Assembly: GCA_030390025.1 (NCBI GenBank) | Contig: CM059432.1 | Location: forward strand, 72,542,001-72,606,000 | Source: Squalus acanthias | Taxonomy: Eukaryota | Reading direction: 5' to 3' | Length of the DNA stretch: 64,000 bases | Shown: piece by piece, positions 51,212 to 61,133 of the stretch | How positions within the stretch are numbered: position 1 is the first letter of the stretch | Layout: every line of letters starts with the position of its first letter | The notes under the pieces: generated by a model | The model's database searches: none | Seen by the model: only the letters and a program-made list of their open reading frames with translations | Told to the model about the DNA's origin: nothing | Position numbers and translations under genes: made by a program

Positions 51212-51340
51212 CTTCACCTGAGGAAGGAGCGATAGTTCCGAAAGCTTGTGATTTCAAATAAAACTGTTGGACTATAACCTGGTGTTGTGCGACCTCTCAA
51301 TTTTGTCCACCCCAGTCCAACACCGGCATCTCCGCATCAC
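51212..51340 (+). mobile_element. Short Penelope-derived insertion with minimal hammerhead (51215-51250) inside gag
   Basis: CAC-CTGAGGA-A-GGAGC-GATA-GTTCC-GAAAGCTT-GTG; flanked by GAG repeats; homologous to the 21297 and 57775 copies. Confidence 0.85.
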
Positions 51341-52761
51341 GAGTCGATTTAGGACAGACTCCTCCGTTGTGGCGGGGTTAGTGGGATCAAACCACGCTCT
51401 GGCCTGCTCCCTGACGGCTGGCAAGCTGTTGGCTACTAGACACCTGAGCCAATGAGCTTTCCCGGCGCCGTCCAAGCGGTGGTGCGCTGGCGCACCTGGG
51501 CAGCTACGCTGGTATACTGGCCACAGTCTGTCGGCGAAAACCTTCGGGGGTTCTCCCTCCATCTGTACAGTCTGACTCAATCTGACGAACGGACCTTCGT
51601 CATCCGCCCCTAACACTTCTAGGACCTCGTCCCGTAACTCCCCATAGGTTTTATTTCCCTTCTTGCTCTCGTCGGAGAGACACTGAAGGATCGAGCTATC
51701 TAAAGAGAACAGCAACATTTTGGTCTTTTCCTCATCGTCGCAACCATTAATTGCTGCGGTCTGTTCTACTTCTCTAAAATGTACGGAAGGGTCATCTGAC
51801 TCGGACAGCTTCCGTACATGGCTAATCATTGCTCTCAGCTGGTGTGAGCTGTGGGGCAATACAAGTTGGTTCAGGATATCCCCGTCTGCCCCATTGTCCG
51901 CATTCGGGCCTCTCTTGTGACCTCGGAGCGGACACATCGGTCCCGGTCTCAACGCTACCTCCGGGGATTGTCCTACCTCGGGAACCTTCTTCTCTATTTC
52001 CACCACTTCCTCCCTTACCCAGGTTGCCGAATAGCTGGGTGGCGCGGAGGGCACAGTGGCAGATACCTCTTCTGCCTTTTCCGGTAGGGATTTTGGGAAT
52101 TCCCTACATACCTGTGGCTGGCTCGCTGACGGGTTGATGAGACACACCAAGCCGTTTGCCTTACTCAGGGCCTCTCTTAGGTTCCCTATCTCCCTCTGGC
52201 AAACACTGTGGTCGGCTCCCTCATGCCTATCCTCGAGGGCCATCTTGTATGCCGCCCTAACTCCCTTCAAGCTTTCTTTCTGGGCTTTTATCTGGTTAGC
52301 TAGGCGGATACACCGTTCTCTAATTCTACCCTCGTTTAATTTTGCTTCCTTGACCTGACATTCTAGGTAATCAATTTTAGCCTCATGGTGGTTGGCTACT
52401 ATTTGGCGTTCCTGATGTAACGTATTCAATGATGCAATGAGTTTTTGTCCTCCCGTGACCTTTTCCTCCATCTCAACTTCCAATTCCCTGATCTGAGCTG
52501 CATGTGCTGCAATGGCCTGGTCCGAAAGTTGGACTTGCTTCTTGTAGCACATCAGCCAGACCGCTTTCTCTACCGACTTCTTATGTTCTTTACTGCCTGT
52601 CCATTTGATGGCGGCGTCTAGCGGACGCTTATCCATCAGTAGGTCACTTATCCACTTTTTGGTTAAGTTAACCTTCCCAAACACATAGTCGGCTACCCTC
52701 TCATCCATCACATTTCGCCTATTCAAACCAGGGTCTAAAACATTACTCTCCTGCTGCCAAT

Positions 52762-52779
52762 GTCCTGCCGCGGTCGCCA
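52762..52779 (-). promoter_or_regulatory. Primer-binding site, tRNA-Arg(TCG)-type
   Basis: TGGCGACCGCGGCAGGAC, complementary to the recalled vertebrate tRNA-Arg-TCG 3' end GTCCTGCCGCGGTCG-CCA; 5 nt from the LTR. Confidence 0.85.
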
Positions 52780-52784
52780 TTTTC

Positions 52785-54457
52785 TGTAAGGGGGGGCGTG
52801 TCTCAGACGGTGCTGGTGCGAGGTTAGGCCTTCGTTGCCTATACTATTGCTTGCTCTGGTCTCCGGCCAGCCTTTTTGCAATAAGCACCTGTGAGTGGTT
52901 CGACCCACTCGCCCTTACGGTTCTAACACTGGACTTAGGTGCAGGGAGCAGTAATGCAGAGAAAAACTCAAATAGACCCGGTTGAATAGTACGAAATGGA
53001 AATCTTTATTGCATGGCATCTAAAATCATGAAATACATGTCATAAGTGCAAATCAAAGAGAGTACAAGTATACATACATTCATAAAGCTTGGTCTATGGA
53101 AATGGAGAACACACGGCACATCGTAGAAAGAGGAACACATTATACCTTAACCTTATTAAAAACCACCCTCCCTTAACATTACCTACACTATGTCTAGATT
53201 TGTAGGATCGGAAAACATGCTCACCACTCGTGTTACTTCGGAGATTTTAAAGTGGGACACTCAGCTCGTTTCGCTGCAGCGCCTGACTGTCACGTGTTTG
53301 GAAGGGTCTCTGCACCCCACTTGTTTACTTTCGCTGCTGCGAAAAGCAGGCCAGACTCCCTGTTGCCATGAAGAACTCGACGGAACTCGGATAAAATTCA
53401 AAGAAGAGTCTTCCTGTGTTCGACACAGGTTGTAGTCGGTAGAACTCAAAGAAGAGTCCTGTATTTATATTTTCGGGCGTGGTCGGGGTTCACTGACCGT
53501 GGCGGCACGTGGATTTTCTTCTCGTCTTCTTCTCGTCTTCTTCTCCTCGGGCCTCCGGGTCCAGACACCGTTTACCGACACTCGGGATGGTGTACCCTGT
53601 TACTTGCCCTTGTCGGGGCGGCTCGTACCGATTGAGCTCCACCCAACACTTGAATAACCGACCAGTGCGGCTAAGAGTCAAGAGTCAACAAAGTCCAGAG
53701 AGAAAATCAAGAGGCTGCCCGTCCAGGAGAGCGGTACCAGAGGATAAGAGTTCAGCCTGAGTCAAGAGTCAGCAGAGATAAGAGTCAAGAGTTCGGCAAG
53801 CGAATAAGAGAGCGATGGACATTTGTTCTCTATAGTTATAGTGATGTGTCCTCTTATCTCCCGCTCAAATCTTAATGTTTGTCCTTTGTGTAATATTGGC
53901 GCTCAAAACTCCCAGCATGGGGCGGTTGTCTTCTTTAACGGGTTTCGGTAGCACCTGAAACTGGCCAACTATCCGTTAATGTTTTCCCCATTGTTGACCC
54001 AGCCAGGATGTGTATGAATCGTCTCCCTGACTGGTTTTGGGGGCCCCCGAATACTTGCTTAATCACCCGTCGATGTCTCTCTCATTGTAGGGCCGGGGGG
54101 GGTGTTTGTGTATTGATGTGTCTGGATGGGCCTTTGATTGCCCAGTACAATGATCCTTACTGTGCATAGGAAAACGATTCCAGCACTTATATCTTTGCTA
54201 TTGTTTCAAATGCAAACGGGTTGCATCCTGTCTTTATCAGTGTTTAGTGAGTATGATCCAATCTTATACTAAATGTATATTCAACGCCATTTTGTCTGCC
54301 CACTGTGTTTCTGGAAGCTTCTGCCACGATGCTCGGTGGCCATTTTACAGGCTTCTGTGTCCTTTACTATCAGGACAGCATTTCGTTTAATAAAACTGAC
54401 CAAACGAATCTGCTTCTCTTGTGTTATTTTGAATCGCGATAATTGCGAAACTTTACA
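52785..54457 (-). repeat. 5' LTR (1673 bp)
   Basis: Direct repeat of 39236-41325; followed on the - strand by the PBS. Confidence 0.97.
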
Positions 54458-56864
54458 GTTGGCACCTCATTTTTAGGTATGCCTGGTGCTGTTCCTGGCA
54501 TGCTCTTCTACACTCATTGTTGAACCAGGGTTCGTCCCCTGGCTTGATGGTAAATTGAGGGATGTGCCAGGCCATGAGGTTACAGATTGTGGTGGAATAC
54601 AATTCTGCTGCTGCCCCACAGCACCTCATGGATGCCCAGTTTTGAGCTGCTAGATCTGTTCTGAATCTATCCCATTTAGCACGGTGGTAATGCCACACAA
54701 CACGATGGAGGGTGTTCTCATTGTTGAAGACAGGACATCATCTCCACAATAACTGTGCAGTGGTCACTGCTACCATGAACAGATGCATCAGTGACAGGTA
54801 GATTGGTGAGGGCAAGGTCAAGTAGGTTTTTCCCCTCACCACCTGTCGCAGGCCCAGACTGGCAGCTATGTCCTTCAGGACTCGGCCAGTAGTGGTGCTA
54901 CCGAGCCACTCTTGGTGATGGACATTGAAGTCCCCCACCCAGAGTACATTCTGTGCCCTTGCTCTTCTCAGTGCTTCTTCCAAGTGGTGTTCAACATGGA
55001 GGAGTACTGATTCATCAGCTGAGGGAGGGCAGTACGTGGTAATCAGCAGGAGGTTTCCTTGCCCATGCTTGACCTGAAGCCACAAGACTTCATGGTGTCT
55101 CTGGAGTCAATGTTGAGGACTCCCAGGGCCACTCCTTCCCGACTGTATACCACTGTGCCACCACCCTTGGTGGGTCTGTCCTGCCGGTGGGACAGGACAT
55201 ACCCAGGAATGGTGATGGAGGAGTTTGGGACATTGGCTGAAAGGTATGATTCTGTGAGTATGACTATGTCAGGCTGTTGCTTAGACTAGTCTGTGGGACA
55301 GCTCTCCCAATTTTGGCACAAGTCCCCAGATGTTGGTGAGGAGGACTTTGCAGGGTTGACTGGGCTGGGTGTGCCGTTGCCGTGTCCGTAGCCGGTGCCG
55401 AGGTCGATGCCGGGTGGTCCGTCCAGTTTCATTCTTATTATTTTGTTTCGTAGCGGTTTGTTACAATTGAGTGACTTGCTAGGCCATTTCAGAGGGCAAT
55501 TAAGAGTCAACCACATTGCTGTGGGTCTGGAGTCACATATAGGCCAGACCAGGTAAGGACAGCAGATTTCCTTCCCTAAAGGACATTAGTGAACCAGATG
55601 GGTTTTTACGACAATCCGATAGTTTCATGGTTACCGTTACTGATACTAGCTTTTTATTCCAGATTTATTTAATTAACTGAATTTAAATCCCCAGCTGCCG
55701 TGGTGGGATTTGAACTCACGTCTCATGGATCACTAGTCCAGGCCTATTGGATTACTAGCCCAGTGACATTACCACTATGCTACCATTCCCATAAGTAGCA
55801 CAGTGGTGCAGCGCCACTGAGTGCAAGGATGTGACTTTTCACTCATAATTCCCTCGTAGCATTGTGTTCCGAGTTTCTGCCTAATTCCCACAGCAAATCG
55901 CTGAATGGAACGCAAGCTCCTATGCAGGAGCAAGGGAAGAAAAGCCATTCCTGGGCAGCTCTGGAGCACATCCAAGTTGCTGGTTCCAAACCGCACCGGT
56001 GGAAGCCTGGGTGCTGGCCCCATTAACTTCAGTTGGCGCATTGCCCGTGGAAATGGGAAGAAGAATAAAAGTATGCTTACCCTCAGTTAAAACTCACATT
56101 TTTAAAATTCCATTTGTCTACCAGTTTTTAACATCATAATTCATCATAATTTATCCCTTCAGTGATTTGGCTTTTTAACAAAATATTGGAAAAATTATAT
56201 TGAACGATGATGTAAGCCATAAGCAAAAGCAAGAAATGTAATATTATCTTGTATTTTTAGACCTATAATAGGCTCGACGCAGTACAATGCTTGAATCCAA
56301 AACAATGTCAAAAGTCATCTCCCCCCCCCCCCCCCCCCCCCCAAAATGAAATCTGGCCTGGGGTCAAAGAAGTTCTGCTCCCCCACTCACCCACAGCCGT
56401 GTACTAATTTGGAGCCTACCTCTGCCCCACTGATGTAGTTTCTCTGCCTTTGTTTCCCCTGTCCCCACCCTCTTCCTCTAAGGGTGGACTGGTTCCCCGA
56501 AAAGTCAGCGAATTTTTCGGGATTCCCATGGAAAGGGGGGAGGGGGTGGCGGTGATAATACAGCGCTTTGGAACCATTCATGAGGACACTTGGGAAATTT
56601 TCCATATGGTCTATCTGCCCCGGCCTTCCTCTCCTTCCTGCTTGTGTAATTGTTTGTGCGAGGAGGGCAGAGAACCTTCTTAATGAGATTGAACAGGATC
56701 TTTTCATATTTTACATTGTTCTCTTGATTTAATCTAACCATATTTTATTTAACATTAAGATACTAGCCTTTTTTGTGTATGTGAGAATAATTAGCTTCAC
56801 TCCAAGGTTCTCTTGGGTGAAGCAGTGCAACATTATATAAATATCGCCACATATACTACACTGC

Positions 56865-57570
56865 GTCCTAGAAATTTGATAATGCTGTACTTGTTTCAAA
56901 ATGGGTGCCAAAGTGTCCAATATGTCAGGAGATGTGCAGGCGCACATTCTGAACTGGAAGTGCGCCTACCACCATATTGGTACAGGCATCAATCGACACA
57001 TCCAGGGCCTGTGCCTGAAACAGGTGTTAGGTCCTTAGCATATGCCTAATGCCGGTTTGATGCCCCTTTTAGTAAATTGTTTTTTCCTGAACGCAGCCGG
57101 CACTAGGTCTATGTGCGACCTAACCAGCGATCCTTAAAGGAACCGATGCAGGCTAGCAACAGAAAGATAAGGTTATAAAAAAATACCTGAATGTGGAGCC
57201 AGAAGGTACAGGAGTATTGCTACTCTCTCCACATTAAAACCACGGGCTGCTGCTGGCCACCGCACCCCCCCACCCCCCCCGCCCCCAGGATCACTCCCTT
57301 GACACCTCATCCGATCGCCCCCTCGACCTCTATCCATGTCACCTCCCACTGCCTCTTCTGATCGCTCCTACCTCTTGCAAGACCTACCTGAAGGCTGCAA
57401 CGCAATGGCCCAAAATTCAAATGGTCTTTACTGACGAGCTTCATGGCCATGCACAGCAGGAGCAGGTATCTGCAGCTGGCTGGTCTGATGTAAATGAGGC
57501 CCGAGTCCCAATATCAGGTGTGTCTCAGGCCTATCCATTGTGATGCAGTGATTGTTCCAATTTCTAGGCT
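56865..57570. mobile_element. Possible degraded MITE
   Basis: Imperfect inverted ends CCTAGAAATT / AATTTCTAGG; GC-rich interior; no clear TSD. Confidence 0.4.
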
Positions 57571-57774
57571 TTTAACATATTTATTTCTTCACTTTAAAAT
57601 AAATATACTTTATCTCGACATGCAAGTGTTACCATTGTAATGCAGTTGCAGATTGTAATTTGCATGGGAATATATATTATTTGATATTCTACTCATCCAT
57701 TGAAACAGGATTTCTGTGGGATTACTTGCATTGTCCTAGGCCTTTGTGGGATTTTCCTGGCCTTGTACAACTGA

Positions 57775-57890
57775 GAGGTCGCACAACACCAGGTTATAGT
57801 CCAACAGTTTTATTTGAAATCACAAGCTTTCGGAACTATCGCTCCTTCCTCAGGTGAAGTAAATTGGATACAGAATCGTCAGAGCATATA
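57775..57890 (-). mobile_element. Short Penelope-derived insertion with hammerhead (57821-57856)
   Basis: 13-bp TSD CTTGTACAACTGA (57762-57774, 57899-57911); core identical to the gag copy. Confidence 0.85.
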
Positions 57891-58018
57891 TTGTACAACT
57901 TGTACAACTGACCATGCACTTCTACCACTCAACTGGCTGGAATCTATCTGCTTATGGCCAGTGTTTGCCTGGCCCTGCTCCTTACCTCATTTGGCTCTGC
58001 AGCTCTTCAAGAAACATG

Positions 58019-58911
58019 GGGGTAAAAATTCAGTTGGTTGCGCCTCCCATTAGCGCCTTAAGTGGGCGCTAATGGGGCGCAAAGCCGCTAACGCCCGGGC
58101 GCAGCGATGTTTGCGCCGCTCGAGAACTTAACTTGAGATTGTGCGGCGGCGCTAAAACTTACCGCTGCGACCACCTGCGCGCGCAGATTGTGACGTCATT
58201 CCATGGTGCAACGCCCTTGTGGCGCCCCGGAACGGAAATTGAGTGGCGCCCCCTGCCTTACCGCCTGGCGCATCCAACGACCAGAAGACTGGAACGCTAT
58301 CAATCGCTGTGGGGCTGGGGGTGGCGCTATTTAAAGGGGGCCTCTTCCTGTCTTTTATTGTTGGTGGCATTTTTGAACTATGCATTCTGAGAGAGAGAGG
58401 GAGAGACTTTTGGAGAGATTCAACGTTGTGGGAAGGAGTTTTGGGTACTGAGCAGCACTTTGCAGGTTCATTTTGATTTGCCATTCCTTGTATCGATTTA
58501 GCAGAGACTGTGGGAGCTGCACTCTGAGCTCTTTGCCTGGTACTCTCCATTGTTCTTTCCAGCACATTTGATGTGCAAGTCTCTCCAGGCCGAGATTCAA
58601 GGCTGCAATGAACAGGATGTGGATGGAAAGCAAGATTAACCATCCCCTTTAAGAACTGGCCCGTGCCATTGTATGTGTGTTCCATTGCTGACTGACATTA
58701 CATGAGCTTCGCCAGCGCTCTGAGTTAGCGCCTCACTCCTTGGCCTTTGCGCCTTAAGACAGGTGTGCAGCGCCTGCTTTAGCGCTCCACTCACCTCCCG
58801 GGGCGGTAAAAGTGAAGTTTCCAGTCAGTGCCGATAATTAGCGCCAGGCGCTAATATTTGCGTCCAGACGATATTTGCGCCCCAAATGGGGCGCGACCTA
58901 ATTTCTACCCC
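58019..58911. mobile_element. Non-autonomous derivative of the 20911-25334 Harbinger
   Basis: TIRs GGGGTAAAAATT / AATTTCTACCCC, TSD ATG; both halves match the ends of the larger element. Confidence 0.9.
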
Positions 58912-59039
58912 ATGGTATTTTACTGGCAAGCAAGCACATAGTGCACAATTGGGTTGCCTTCAGTTTATAACTATATGCTGAGGCAGAGTGGCCCTTGTTC
59001 TCTGACCGCATGGCCTACCTCGGCATACTATGATTTAGC

Positions 59040-60762
59040 TCTGTGCTCATCACTCGTTTTTATCTGGAAAATCATGATCACCAGTTGTTACCAAGGAATC
59101 CTTACCCCCACCCCAGCAGTGTTTATAGGCCCAGGACAACGTACCCAGAGGAGCAGTGCATAAGGAGGCTTCATTTCTCTAGGGAGGCTGTCACAGGTTT
59201 CTGTCACCTGCAACCAACTGCTCCCATATAAGTGATGTTACTACAGGTGCTACAGACCCCTGCAGGGAAGGCCCAGCTCCAGTGGCCATTGAGGTGACCA
59301 CACACTTCATGGTTGACTGCAGTGTTAATGCCATGCACATAAGTGAGTGGTGACCAACTTTTCTGTGCATTAATCTGCAAGGTCCTGCGCAGGCCGCTCA
59401 CAAGCTTTTACATTGAAAATACCAAGCATGCTCAAAAATTTAAAGGGACCGCGCATTGAAAGAAGCAGGCCGCTCAGAACATACTGCAGCATACAGGGAG
59501 ACCTGGTGGTGACTCCTTCACACTCTCCAACATGTCGTGGAAGCTCCCTGGCAGGCAGTCCAATGCATTCAGCAATTGCTGGTACACAGAAATCATCTTT
59601 CTTTTAAAGGCTGGTTCACAAAAGTCTGCATCTCTGTCCTCTTCAGTAGAGTTAGGGAATAGCTGGTTCTCTGGTGAGCTGTTTCCTGGCCCATCCTTTC
59701 CACCTACACCTGCTCATCACTATTCCAACTCACCACCTATGCGATGCAGAATGCTCATTTCTGTGCTGGTGCTTGGTTGGCAGTGTTAGAGTTAGTGACA
59801 GTGGAGAGTTCTCTCCCTTCAGTCTGTGTGACTGCAATGCCTGAGTCATCGGAGGAAATTAGAAAAAGGGGAGGGGCCAATGGCTAGCACATAGTGCCAA
59901 GTGTAAGCAGCAGCAGATCACTGGCCGCTCAATGCACCACCAGGTTGTCATAGAGTGTGCCACTGTGTCAGTCAGACTTAAGTGGAAAGAGAAAAGGGTT
60001 TTCAAGATATATAAAGCAGCTTAGCATTGTGTACTTGATGACAGGCAGAAGCAGCAAGTGTATCCTAGAGTGAAAAGTAGTTGTGAGGGCATTACAGGAA
60101 ACTCTTTATTAACCGGCACCGACGGGACCGGCGTGGTGCCGGTTTATCGAAATTACCGGATAACGGAAAGTTATATCTACCGAGGCTATTTTTAACAAAG
60201 AAAAATAAATAAATCAAGAAATGTGCAGTATACCTCCGACAGCGCCAGGAGGCCGAGTAGTGGCACTTTTGAAAACTACCCCTACTGACTAAATCGGCGT
60301 TCGCGGACTCGGGATCGGCAACATTGCCAGTTATTTGAGAGGAGTTTTTGGAGTACTCGGCATTCGCGGAGACTCGACTGCGACTCGGCAACATTGCCGG
60401 TTATTTGAGAGGAGTTTTCGGAGGATGATTTTTGCCGGTTAAGCGAGAATTCCGGATATTTGGGTGCCGGATAAACAAAAGTTTCCTGTATCAGGTTTTG
60501 AGGGTGTGCATGCAAGCAAAAAGGAGGTGCAATGAAGTATTCTCTGCTGACTTGGAGAGCCATGGGAAGTGGAAAAGTGCTGAGACTAATCTAGTGGTGC
60601 AGGGCTTTGCAGAAAATGTGAGAGGTGTGAAGGGGAATGTTATTTTGCTGGTCCTGGTCACATCATTAAACTTTTTCCTGCACTGCAGCCAGGCCCACCT
60701 CGATTCCTTTGGGCAGAAGCAGCGCAACGCCCAACCAGTTTACACTGGAGCTAAGATCACCC
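59040..60762. mobile_element. Highly degraded Harbinger remnant
   Basis: VYRPR..EEQCIRRLHFSREAV on +; WLQCRKKFNDVTR on -. Confidence 0.6.
60095..60488. mobile_element. Tc1/mariner-pogo-type MITE
   Basis: TA TSD; 26-bp imperfect TIRs CAGGAAACT...CCGGCACC; internal ~60-bp direct repeat. Confidence 0.85.
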
Positions 60763-61133
60763 CACTAATCTTCAATTTAAAACAAATGTTTTTGAATGAT
60801 TGAGGAATGAAGTAGCAATTTTAACAGATGGTATCAGTTACCTATTGTAAAACTAGAATATCACACAGCCCCAGTGTGATAACAATGAAACAATTCCTAG
60901 ACCCAATTGAACAATCACCAATTCATTGCTTCTGTTATACAATTTCATTTGTAGTTTAAATGTACTATCACACCATAGCCCATCTGACATCTTATATATA
61001 TATATATATCAAATTCAAATTGTCTATATCAAATTCATACAAATAGTAAATTATTTATTCATAATAAATGCCTGACCGCACATTTGCAGCAGCCCATCAG
61101 TTAATATAATAAATGCACAAGTATTCAGAAGAA

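Larger units (their letters stand above)
50825..52780 (-). pseudogene. gag: gag (~607 aa after removing a 132-nt in-frame insertion)
   Basis: Coiled coil, PSAPPSY late motif, capsid-like region, CYGCGKTGHWRKNC knuckle; the two ORF pieces share one frame. Confidence 0.92.
39236..54457 (-). mobile_element. Endogenous retrovirus, lokiretrovirus-like (LTR-gag-pol-env-LTR)
   Basis: LTRs with TGTAA...TTACA ends, 4-bp TSD GTTG, PBS, PPT, Gag with CCHC, PR-RT-tether-RH-IN, F-like Env. Being an enveloped LTR element is near certain; the lineage name is less so. Confidence 0.9.
37986..55790 (-). mobile_element. CR1-group LINE with tRNA-like 5' head, interrupted by the provirus
   Basis: APE (NIWGL, DIVILTESY, VGDFNVHH) at 54458-55350 and RT (NYRPISLLS, LDIKAAFD, FADD) at 37986-39235 join seamlessly when the ERV is removed. 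Confidence 0.88.

Noticed and set aside
53190..54476. Accessory genes in the LTR
   Set aside because: ORFs are short, mostly antisense or with non-ATG starts, and have no recognisable domains; their duplication only reflects the LTRs.
55775..56090. Exon of a neighbouring gene such as a cytochrome P450
   Set aside because: The FGT...CPG spacing does not fit the FxxGxxxCxG heme motif, and there is no convincing splice structure.
56319..56342. Poly-C run as a functional element
   Set aside because: Simple homopolymer with no supporting context.
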